DNA of 64,000 nucleotides. Origin: Lingula anatina (Eukaryota; Animalia; Brachiopoda). A program made the position numbers and the translations under genes. Under the pieces are notes generated by a model that ran no database searches, had not been told where the DNA came from, and saw nothing but the letters and a program-made list of their open reading frames with translations. Shown in pieces: positions 49,219-61,196 of the stretch. Numbering within the stretch: position 1 is the stretch's first letter; the number at the start of each line of letters is the position of its first letter. The stretch covers positions 8,184,001-8,248,000 of the forward strand of contig CM120647.1 in NCBI GenBank assembly GCA_051362555.1, written 5' to 3'.

Positions 49219-52200
49219 ATGATGAGGTGGACTCCTGTCATTCCATTAGTTCTTGCTTGGGTTTTGCTGCATCGGATTTGTTCGGCTGTTTCCACCACAC
49301 CGCCGCACATTGTCTTGTTCCTGGCAGACGACATGGGATGGAATGACATAGGTTACCATAACAACCAGGTGAAATCGCCAACCCTGGATAGACTGGCTAG
49401 TGAGGGAGTCAAACTGGAGAATTATTACGCGAAGTCCGTGTGTACTCCAAGCAGAGGAGAACTTTTAACAGGTCGGGATGCGGTGAGTGGTTTGAATTTC
49501 CACCCCATTTTCGCGTTCCCTATCAACATGTACCACCCAAGCTATCACTTCAGTTCCTCTGCATCAGATCCCACTCTCTCATATGCATCTCCAACACCAT
49601 CTCTCTTTCTTTGTCTCTCTCACTGATCATTTCCATCCTCTCTCTCTCTCTCTCTCTCTCTCTGTTCATTTTTTCTCTATCTTTCCCTTTCTCTCTGTTC
49701 ATTTCTCTTTCTCTGTTAATTTCTCTCTTTCACCCTCTTTCTCTCTCTCTCTTTGGTCTTTCCCGTTTTTCAAGAGTAACCTCAATCACCCATGTGTATT
49801 TTAATTCATACACTTCAATAACTGATGTACCCGTCTCTTAGCATATCTTTTCTTCCTTATCCATTTATTTACAATTAGTTTTTTTATCTGTTCATTTAGT
49901 CATTTAGTTGGTCAGTCAGCCAATTAGTTAGTTAGTTAGTTAGTTAGTTTGAAAGTCAGTCAGTTAGTTAATTAGTCAGTTAGTTATCAAACTAATAATT
50001 GTATATACATGTATAACTTTAGTAATGTCAACGATTTCTAGGTAACCACCGGTCTGTCGGTTGCCTACATGCATGGCTATCCCGTGGGCATGCCTTTGAC
50101 GGAGAAACTACTCCCCCAGAGGCTAAAAGAGAGGGGATACGCCACCCACATGGTCGGGAAGTGGCATCTAGGGCACTACACGTACAAACATACCCCAACG
50201 TATAGAGGCTTTGACAGCTTCTACGGTAAGTTACAACAGAGATCTCTTCCAGCAAGACCTTAATTCAGTGTAGAGTTATTTCTACTTCAGTGTAAGAAGT
50301 CTTCTTCAGTGTATGATACTGGTACAATATCGTTATAGCCTCTATATACACTGTATGTATACCATTACAAACCATTACTTTTCACCGTCGAATTGAGACT
50401 AATATTGAAGTTCTAGGTACTAAAGGCGCATTCAGAACAAGACGATCCGCGGACTAACAAATCCGTGGATCAAATATGGCATACCCACTTGAAAGCTTGC
50501 CGCATAATCCTTATATAGACACTGAATAGATTCTCTGTGGGGGTAGCGCAACAAGCATTCAAGTAGGACGGCCATATTTGATCCGCGGACTACTTAGTCG
50601 GCTGTTGTGAATACGGCCTTAGATTTTACGATTTTTTTCCTATTTAGGGATATACGGCGGAGGCACAGACTTCTATTCCCACAAAAATTGTCTCTCTGCA
50701 TTTCCTGGTGTCTGCGGCCTTGACCTTTGGAACGGGACGGTGCCAGATCGGTCCAAATACGGCGTGTTCGCAACAGAGATATACTCTCGCGTGGCAACAG
50801 ATATCATACGCCAGCACAATACCAATCAGGTAAGTACAGGGGATCGCTACAGTGAAGAGTCGTCTTTTCATATCATACATAATAAAGTTTAGTTTTCAAA
50901 TTTAATGTTATTTTTAATGTTATTTTACCAACGTTTTGTTGTGCCATGAAAGGTATTTCATCCACTTTTGCAGCCTTTGTTTTTGTACATGCCATTCCAA
51001 CTCGTTCACGAACCGGTTCAAGTCCCGCAGAGATTCGAAAGCCTATACGATGGGTTAGTTCCGAATGGCTTGAGGAAAACGTATTTAGGTACGTTCATTG
51101 TCTATCCTGAAAGGAAGCGGATCTGCGTATTTTCAAGAGATTATCTTTCGTTTATATTCGCAGGTTCTAGCACATGTAATCTCACCACTGTAGTTGCCTG
51201 TGATCATTGTGTGATCATTATTTTTCTTTCCTTGTCAGTCTCATCTTACGTGGTTTTTGTAACCCTCTACTATATTGTAGCATCCTGGTCAAACTGTCTG
51301 TAATGTTTTATTTTCTTTTTTTTTTTTTTTCTAGGTATGGTGTCCGCTTTGGACAAGGCAGTATCCGATATTGTGGAGAGTTTGATACAGCGGGATATGC
51401 TTGAGAACTCCTTGATTGTATTTTCATCCGGTAGGTGGCGTTTGTTGCTGCTGTAACAGATAGTATTTTAACGCGCTGGAGATGAAATAGACTAAGACTG
51501 CATTCCCACAGATTTTAGATCGATCTTTCCCCGTGGGGAGTCTCACTAAGTTACTTTCAGCTTAGCCGGCTAAAACTTTTCTGTTTACAATACAACTGAA
51601 AGATTAAGTCTAACCAACAACTCACCACTGTTGTCGTAGATGTTTTGCGATATTTTTCAGACAATGGCGGTGCTCCAAAACAGGGCGCTGACAACGGTCC
51701 CTACAGGGGCATCAAGGGGTCTCTCTGGGAAGGTGGGATAAAAGTGCCAGCTTTTGTATGGAGTAAACTGCTACAGAAACCGGGAAGAACCGTTCGTGAC
51801 CTCATTACCATCACAGATTGGTGTCCAACATTGCTCGGATTAGCGGGAGTAGATGTTGAAAATCTTGGATTAGATGGATTTGATGTTTGGAATACTTTAA
51901 GGTGGGTGACACTTTTCCTAGGTGATAATTGAAAATTTGTGGTCATCACTTCCATCTGCTTGCGTGGGTGATTTCGACTTAAGTTTTTTGCTTTTTTATA
52001 GCATGCATCACAAATCTTTGCTTTTATTAATGAAAGTTTATCTAGCACATTTGATTGTTTAAGAGCTTACGTATATATTTTTCCATCATCCAACCAGAAT
52101 CCAGGATATCTCTGCGCGAATTACTTTGGATATATATTTCTTTGGTCTCAAAAATACAACCGTTTAGTCTTTAACTCGACCGCCACTTTCAGTTCCGGAA

Positions 52201-54418
52201 AAACGGGTCACAGATACGAGGTCATCCATGAACTGATATCTCCCTCGTCGTGGTACCCCCCTCGAGGACGCCCGCTTTACAACGACACCTTTGACACCTC
52301 ACAGAGGGCGTCTCTAAGACGTGGGGATTGGAAAATCATCACGGGGACTGCAGGTAGTAATAGTAAATAAAAAATTAAATAAATCAAAGAAAACCAAGAA
52401 AAGAGATATCCTACGATTTAGATACGATTTTGCCATTCATCATTTTCTCATTTTCTCCACCTTGTTTTGCAAGTTTGTATATATGTATGTTATTGTACAT
52501 GTGCTGTAACTGTACCCTCTACCAGGGCGACTGATAGATTTTTACGGATATTCACAGATATGTCTCTAGCTAGATAGATTGTCATTTTAACTCTAAGTCA
52601 CCCTGTACAGAAATCTCAAGGTTGATTACATGGCTGGTAATTGATTGCATAACTGCTCAGGCACTGCCACTTGGGAGGTCCAGTCTAAGTCTGCATGACA
52701 GCAATCAAGACAGTTAATTGCTCTGACCTTAATCACTTGCTCTTCTGACACAGATAAAAATAGCCCCCAGTGTACTGCCCGGAAAAAACCTTCACACCAC
52801 TCCTCCCCCCGCCCCCCCCCCCCCCCCCCCCAAAAAAAAAAAATGAAATAAATAAATAAAAATAAAGATGAGAAAGAAAAAAAACTAGCTATTTATCAGT
52901 GTTAAAAAAACTTTCACCAGGTAAAACTCACTCAGTATTATAATTTATTTATCTTAAAAACAGGATATCTAATTTGTTTTCAAAAAATAAAAAATTTTGC
53001 CGTGAGTTAAATTTAATAATCGCCAGGGTCCGAAGCCGCCTCCGACAGTCATACGGAGACGTTATTCAAAGTAGGCCTAAATTTATTCTCAGATATAGGC
53101 CTAAGGTTTGTTTTGCATACCTGTAAACTCCTAAGGGTTAAACTTACATAGAAGTGTGATTTTTAACATCGTTTATATCATAAATCGGCATGAAATAATT
53201 GACGTTTGAAAACAGACACAACTTCTTTGCTGCACTTGAAATGACCTTCTTAGCTATAAATATGATCCTATCACCTTGCGACATTACATCATTCGATCGA
53301 TATACATGAGTAGTTGTCACTGTTGAGGAGAAACAGTAGCTGCACCGATATTTCTTCTCATTATACTTAAATTTAGGAAAATAAAAAACTTGACTTGTAC
53401 TTGTATATTTTCCCACCGGTACGATAGGTATTTAATAAACATACCGGGTGGTAGATTTTTGAAAAATTAATAAGCGTACTGGGTGGAAATGGAGCGTACC
53501 GATGGGAAGAAATTTGAAAAATTAATTGACGTACCGACCGGTATGTGAGGAAACACCGGGCGTGATAGCCGCCTTTTTTTTAAAGATGCAGTACGGAATT
53601 GTGGGATACGGCTCACTTCGGGAAACCCCTTCCAACCACGTGACTGGTTTTTGCAGACAGCAGAGCCTAGACACGTAACGTGCAGTTAGCACATCGTCGC
53701 GAAGCGAAGCTCAAGCAGAGCGAGAATAAAGCCCTCTGCGCGCGGGAAAAGATAATTGCTTTCAGATGGCATTTCTGTACAGGGTGACTTAGAGTTAAAA
53801 TGACAATCTATCTAGCTAGAGACATATCTGTGAATATCCGTAAAAATCTATCAGTCGCCCTGGTAGAGGGTACTGTAACTGCATGTGTGTGTGACACTTA
53901 AAATGTTTTACAGGTATAAGGAATACAAAAATTAAAGAAAAAAACGGGAAAGAAACGAGTAAAAAAGGCCCTCGCGTGGGAAATGAACCTATATGGACAT
54001 TTTATATTAAAACGTTTCTTTTTTAATATATGTTTTTCCTAATATAGCTTTTGTCACAGAGTATGTCGATGGAGAACCAGTGGAACTTGAAATCATTGGA
54101 ATCGACCCCAGCATCCAGAACGTGTCCCTTAGCAAGAACGTGTGGCTGTACAACATTACTAAAGACCCGTTTGAGCAATATGACGTTTCAGAAAAATACC
54201 CGGATGTAGTGCGCCTCATGTTGGACAGACTAGAAACTATCCGGCAGATGGCACCACCTACAATATGGCCCGACCCAGATCCAGCCCTAAATGCAGCAAC
54301 ACAGAATGGTGTTTGGGGTCCGGCCGTTTATCCTACTAGTGGTTCAATGTCTGAAAGTGCTAATCGTTACTTTTGGCTTTATTTCCTCGCCTCAACGGCT
54401 TTTAATGTATTAATGTGA
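49219..54418 (+). CDS. Arylsulfatase B/I/J-like sulfatase, copy 2 (exons 49219-49482, 50042-50225, 50648-50829, 50974-51088, 51335-51430, 51661-51901, 52193-52353, 54048-54418)
   Basis: Same motifs ([23 protein letters not shown]) and same intron positions and phases as copy 1; hydrophobic C-terminal tail. Confidence 0.93.
52513..53872. mobile_element. Non-autonomous DNA transposon with about 100-bp TIRs and 9-bp TSD (MULE-like)
   Basis: TACCCTCTACCAGGGCGACTGATAG... and ...CTATCAGTCGCCCTGGTAGAGGGTA; CTGTAACTG on both sides; single CTGTAACTG at the paralogous site 60574-60582. Confidence 0.88.
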
Positions 54419-56348
54419 GACTATTTAAAGTTAAAAAGTACCGGTGGACTAGCTAGAACAAGTCTTTTAATACGATTTACCAAATGAAATCAAGTAGTTA
54501 TGTCAGAATATAGCTCATTGATTTAATTACGTACAAAGAGAAAAAAGTAATAAAGGGCATCCTTTAAAGAAATGACTTTGCCTAACTCTGCAATTGATAT
54601 ATGCCAAGCAAATAAAAAAAGATATGAAAAATATTGAACTACTAACTGGCACTTGTTGGTAATGTCTTGAAAAGACCTTTTCTTTTTGGAAAATAATTCC
54701 TTACGTATCAGACTACAAAAAATTGATACGTTAACGGTTCCTTAGTGTTTATTTATATTTATCTAACATATATTTTCTTAATTTTGTATATAGAGACATA
54801 GACGAGAGTAAGATGCGTTTTTGACTTGGAAAAGGTAAATTTTGAATAAAAATTTGATCCCGGTGTGATAGGAATTGTAGTCCGCTAGCAACCGTAGGCA
54901 GTTCCCCATTACTGTGTACAGGTGGAATTCGTCCAATATACATATACTAACCCCAATACTTGCTACTAACCCTTACCAGTTCTTATCATATGGATCCGCG
55001 GACTTCCATTCCTAGAACTGCAATACCTGTCACACCGGACCTTTAAAGAAACAAAGGCCTAGTTTTACATAAAAGGCCCACTACATGTATTTTTTCAGAA
55101 AATGCCCCCTTAAGGCAACTTTTCTGGTACGTTTTAACATATTTCGTTCATTCGAAAGTTCCCCCTCAAGTTTCTGCCCAACATCCTTAAAAGAATTTCA
55201 TATTAATTTGATACGTTTACTGTACGAAAGCAATCTTTCAATTTAGCTTTTAATACGTGAAATTGTAATAGAACAGGCTGTTGAAAATATAATTGGTCTT
55301 CAGATAATGATAAATGATAGAAATATAAACTTGTGGACCTATTTTATTATGGAGAGCAGGATGGACCTGATGAGAAATTAACAAATTGTTCATTTGGCAG
55401 TAGTAGATCGGAAATATCCAGAAAAGGGGGTGGGGGGCACTGTGTGTGTGTGTGTGTGTGTGTGTTTGTATGCGTGCGTGTGCGTTTCCTTGATTGTAAC
55501 GATCGCTGTGCTATTCTTAAGCCTTAACCTTAATAACATGTTAATATCATTGTTGTTAAAAAACACATTTACAAAAATATGTATGAATAAAACACTTTGT
55601 ATCTAAAATAAAGTTTAATTTACATGTTACAACGATGTACAGCCTCGCGGGAATTCTTTTCCCTTGACGCTCTTTGACGCGCTCATGGTCGATGCAGCAT
55701 ATATTTCAAAACAAAATGACTTCAAATTAAGCAAAATTTCACACCTTCAAGTATCGTAACACGTTTTCATATCATGTACCTATTATTTCTACAAGTATTT
55801 TCTGCTCAAAATACCAAAAGAAAAAATGTTAACTCGCTGTGTTGTTGGAAAAAAATGCTTTTCTCTCTGAACCCACATCTTCACTCCCGTTCACCTCCAG
55901 CTAAAAATGACTACTCAGCTTCAAGTCTTACACCACTACACGTCACTTCCGACACAATCCTGCCTCTTCCGGTACCCTCAATAATTAAGGGGAAAGGCCT
56001 ACAGCGTTTGCATGACAAAGAGAACGCGACCACTTAATTATTATTATTATTCATTATTATTTGTGCATGCGCGTGTGCCTGTGTATGGTTTACAGGGACA
56101 GGTAATACATCTGGTAGTGTGTTTTGGGTCAAAATTAGCACATCGAAATTCCGCACATGTCAGCACTTAATTAGCATTTTGGCCATCTGTTCCTTGTTAT
56201 AAAAACTGTTTATCTAAATCTGTTTACCTAAAGCTTCAGCTCTCAGCTACCGACCTGCAATAGCATCTATCGGCGCTGAGGTAAACTGATGTTGCATTAA
56301 GATCTGGCCAAGAGACGCTTTCTCGATTTAGAGAAGTAAACGGTTTCC

Positions 56349-59300
56349 ATGATGGGGTTGACTTCTGTCATTCCATCGGTTCTTGCTTGGGTTTTGCTGC
56401 ATCGGATTTGTTCGGCTGTTTCCGCCACACCGCCGCACATTGTCTTGTTCCTAGCAGACGACATGGGTTGGAATGACATAGGTTACCATAACAACCAGGT
56501 GAAATCACCAACCCTGGATAGACTGGCTAGGGAGGGAGTCAAACTGGAGAATTATTACGCCAAGTCCTCGTGTACTCCAAGCAGAGGAGAATTGTTAACG
56601 GGTCGGAATGCGGTGAGTGGTTTGAATTTCCACCATATTTTCACGTCCCTTAGGGCGTATTCCCAAAGCTTTTAGATCGATCTATCCCCGCGGGGAGTCT
56701 CACTAGATTACTGTCAGATAATCCGGCTTAAATGTCCGTCCCGCCTACTATAAGCTGTAAGGGGGTAATTAACTTTCGTGCCTGCACGGCTGACAGCTTT
56801 TTAGCGTGAACCCCCAGGGAGTTAGTTCGATCTAAAGTAGATCGATCTAATCTCTGAGAATGGGGTCTTAGGCTGTGTTCACAACTGAAGATATAGTACT
56901 AACAGAGTCGCTCTATCTCAGCGGGGATTCTCACCAAGACGCAGTCAATGTAATCAGTTTAATTGTCTAACCCATTTGAATAATCATTCATATATTACAA
57001 TTACTGATGTATCCGTCTCTTTGCGCATCTTTCTGTATTTATCTATTAATTCATTTGCAGTTAGTTCCTTATCTGTTTATTTATTCATTTGGTTAGTCAG
57101 TTAATTAGTTAAGTAGTTAGCAAACTAATACTAGTATCTATACATGTATGTTGTAATTGTGAAAATAGTTTCATTGGATCTTAGATTTGATAGTCAGAAA
57201 GTTTTCATTTATGATAGATACTGAAACTTGATTTACCTGTTGACTGTTTCGTCTGTTCACTCTGACAGACTTGGTCACAACTGAATTACCTGTTCAGGTG
57301 AAGGTGAACAGGTAATTACATCAGTCTTGATGATGACTTGTTAGTTCTTCTCGCCCCCCTCCCCCCGGGTGGGTTTGAGAATTCAGTTGTGACCAAGTCT
57401 GTCAGAGTGAACAGACGAAACAGTCGACAGGTAAATCAAATTTCAGGATCTGTCATAAATGAAAACTTTCTGACTATGTATGTTTTAATTGTTTCCACGG
57501 TTTCTAGGCTACTACCGGTCTGTCGGCTGTCTTCACGCATGGCGATCCCGTGGGCATGCCTTTGACGGAGAAGCTTCTCCCGCAGAGGCTGAAAGAGAGG
57601 GGATACGCCACCCACATGGTCGGGAAGTGGCATCTAGGGCACTACACGTACAAACATACCCCAACGCACAGAGGATTTGACAGCTTCTATGGTGAGTTAC
57701 GACACAGGTTTCTTTTAGCAAGACCTTAACTCAGTGTAGAGTTAATTATTTCTATTTTAGAATTTTTTTATCTTGTAAGAAGTCTTTTTCAGGGTGTGAT
57801 ACATGTACAGTATCGTTATAGGCTCTATATACACTGTATACATACCACTAACTGCCACCCTAGCCTGAGCTTCAGAGATAACTTCAAACAAACCTCTAAA
57901 CGAAAACCTTTGCCGTTTCGAGTTCCTTCTTTAAACGGCAACGGAATGCTACAGTTTAGAAGTTATCTCTGAAACACAAGATACTACATTAAGACTGTAC
58001 ATAATATAGATTTCTGCTGGTTGATTGATTAACCAGTTGCTTTATACCGGTGTTGAAAAACAGGTAGCTGTAAGTCAAAGTGTCCTAACTCCATTAGATT
58101 TATTCAGGCCAAGGGCCAGCTTCGGCGTTTTCGCTGTCAAATTTCCATAAATGCCTGCTAGATATGCACATAGTCTTATATAGGGTGGTTTGGAACGCGA
58201 GGTTGGCTCCCAACGGAACTGATCATGAGCTCTAAAGACGCATTCAGAACAATATGATCCGCATTCGAAAGGGTTTCCCATAATCCCCTAATAGCCACTG
58301 AATACATTCCCTGTGGGGAATACGCGACAAGCTTTCAAATGGGTCGGCCATATTTGATCCGCGGATCTGTTAGTCCGCGGACCAACATTGGTCGTGAATG
58401 CTGCCTAAGATTTCATGATTATATCCCATTTAGGGATATACGGCGGAGGCACAGACTTCTATTCCCACAGAAGTTGTTTCTCGGTATTTCCTGGTGTCTG
58501 TGGCCTTGACCTTTGGAACGGGACTGTGCCAGATCGGTCCAAATACGGCGTGTACGCAACAGAGATATACTCTCGCGTGGCAACAGATATCATACGCCAT
58601 CACAATACCAATCAGGTAAGTACAGGGGATCGCTACAGTGGAGAAAGGTCTTTTTATATGATACATGATTAACTTTAATTTTCAAATTTAATGTTATTTT
58701 ACAAACGTTTGGTTGTGCCATGATAGGTATTTCATCCACTTTTGCAGCCTTTGTTTTTGTACATGCCATTCCAACTCGTTCACGAACCGGTTCAAGTGCC
58801 AAAAAGATTTGAAAGCCTATATGATGGGTTAGTTCCGAGTGGCGTGAGAAAAACGTATTTAGGTGCGTTAATTGTCTGAAAGGAGTTAAATCTGAGCATT
58901 TTCAAGAGCTTATCTCTCGTTTATATTCGCAGGTTCTAGCACATGTAACCTCACCACTGTAGTTGCGTGTGGTCATTTGTGATCATTTTTTTTCTTTCTT
59001 TGTCAGTCTCATCTTACGTGTTTTTATAAGCCTTTATCATATTGTAGCATCCTGGTCAAACTGTCTGTAATGTTTTTTTTTCTAGGTATGGTGTCCGCTT
59101 TGGACAAGGCAGTATCCGATATTGTGGAGAGTTTGATACAGCGGGGTATGCTTGAGAACTCCGTGATTGTATTCTCTTCCGGTAGGTGGCGTTTGTTAAT
59201 GGTGTAACAGAAAGTATTTTGATGCGCGGGAGATGTAATATATTAAAAAACTTTTGTGCAAAACACAGCTGAATGACTAAGACTGGGTTCTCATACTTAG

Positions 59301-60663
59301 ATTGATCCATCTGGATCGACCTAACTCCCTGGGGGGGGGGGGGTTCAAGCTGAATACATTGCTATCAGCTCAAGAGGCTTAAATGTCTGTCACGCCTACC
59401 GAATCAGCTAGGATAAAGATAATTACCCCCTAACAGCTTTGCTAGGCGCGACAGACATTTAAGCCAGCCAAGTTGAAAGCAATTTAATGAGACTCCCCAG
59501 TTAGATAGATAGATCTAAATATCTGTGGGAATAGTCCCTAAACAGTTAACGCGAAAACAATTCACCACCGATGTCTCTGTATTAGTTGCTGTAATAACAG
59601 GTGGTATTTTTACGCACAGGAGATGAAACAGACTAAGATAAAACTTTTTTGTTTACAACTGAATGACCAACCAACAATTCACCACTGATGTCTAAGAAGT
59701 TTTGCGGTGTATTTCAGACAATGGCGGTGCCCCAAAACAGGGCGCTGACAACACCCCCTACCGGGGCATCAAAGGATCTCTCTGGGAAGGTGGGATGAAA
59801 GTGCCAGCTTTTGTATGGAGTAAACTGCTACAGAAACCGGGAAGAACCGTTCGTGACCTCATTACCATCACAGATTGGTGTCCGACACTGCTCGGATTAG
59901 CGGGAGTAGATGTTAAAAATCTTGGATTAGATGGGTTTGACGTTTGGAATACTTTGAGGTGCCTTGAAACGAATTTCTTACGTGATATTTGTAATTGTAG
60001 TCATCATTACCATTTGCTTGCTTGCGTGGTTTCGACTTCATTTTTTTTCTTTTTATAGTATGCATCACCAATCTGTTTTTAATGAAAGTGTCCCTAGCAC
60101 ATGTGATTGATCTTAAAATAGCTTACTTTTCTCCAACATCAAACCAGAATCCATTGCACGCGCATTTCTCTGCGCGAATTACTTTGGAAAAACAGTTCTT
60201 TGGTCACAAAAACACAACCATTTTGACTTTAATTCGACCACCACTTTCAGTACCGGAAAAACAGGTCACAGATACGAGGTCGTCCATGAGCTGATAACTT
60301 GTCCGTCGTGGTACCCCCCTCGAGGACGCCCACTTTACAGCGACACCTTTGACACCTCGCAGAGGGCGTCTCTAAGACGCGGAGATTGGAAAATCATCAC
60401 GGGGTCTCCAGGTATAAATAAATAAATAAATAAAAGAAACCACGAAAAGAGATATCCTACGCTTAAGATACGACTTTTGCCATTCCTTACTTTTTCATGT
60501 CCTCCACCTAATTAGTTTATTAATTTAAATTTGTATGTTTGTATGTGTAATCTTAGGCCTAGGCCTACTACTTCTGTAACTGCATGTGTGTGTGGGGCAC
60601 TTAAAATCTCTCTTTGATTTTTTTGCTGTTTACATATAACGTTCCAGTTATTGCAGGTATAAG

Positions 60664-60719
<56 letters not shown>

Positions 60720-61196
60720 GAGTAAGAATAGCCTTAGCATTGGGAATGTACACTGATAGACATTTCATATAAACCGTTTCTTTTTTAATATACAGTATAT
60801 AGGCCCTATATATGTTTTCCTATAGCTCTCGTCATACAGTATATTGATGGAGAACCAGTGGAACTTGAAATCATTGGAATCGACCCCAGCATCCAGAACG
60901 TGTCCTTTGACAAGAACGTGTGGCTGTACAACATTACTAAAGACCCGTATGAGCAATATGACGTGTCAGAAAAGTACCCGGATGTAGTGCGCCTCCTGTT
61001 GGACAGACTAGAAGCTATCCGGCAGATGGCACCACTTACAATATGCCCCGACCCAGATCCAGCCCTAAATGCAGCATTACAGAATGGCGTTTGGGGTCCG
61101 GCCGTTTATCCTACTAGTGGTTCAATTTCTGAAAGTGCTAATCATTGCTTCTGGATTTGTTTCTTTGTTTTAACGGCTCTTAATGCATTGGTATGA
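56349..61196 (+). CDS. Arylsulfatase B/I/J-like sulfatase, copy 3, tandem duplicate of copy 2 (exons 56349-56612, 57508-57691, 58434-58615, 58748-58862, 59086-59181, 59718-59958, 60251-60411, 60826-61196)
   Basis: Exon lengths identical to copy 2 (264,184,182,115,96,241,161,371); alignable introns and 3' flank. Confidence 0.93.
56653..56867. mobile_element. MITE of a dispersed TAGATCGATCTA family (other copies about 1495-1710, 1800-2050, 19141-19366, 51497-51572 partial, 59281-59538)
   Basis: Shared internal sequence GGGGAGTCTCACTAGATTACTGTCAG, imperfect TIRs, TTA/TAA flanks at 56653 and 59281. Confidence 0.75.
57193..57474. mobile_element. MITE with about 100-bp TIRs and TA flanks; related fragment at about 48220-48370
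   Basis: GTCAGAAAGTTTTCATTTATGA...CAACTGAATT inverted at 57380-57474; absent from the paralogous intron 1 of copy 2. Confidence 0.75.
59281..59538. mobile_element. MITE, TAGATCGATCTA family, reverse orientation
   Basis: TAA flanks; reverse-complement similarity to 19141-19366. Confidence 0.65.

Noticed and set aside
60664-60718. Poly-A tail of a retrocopy
   Set aside because: The paralogous intron of copy 2 (about 53918-53958) has an interrupted A-rich tract at the same place, so slippage expansion is more likely; no body or TSD
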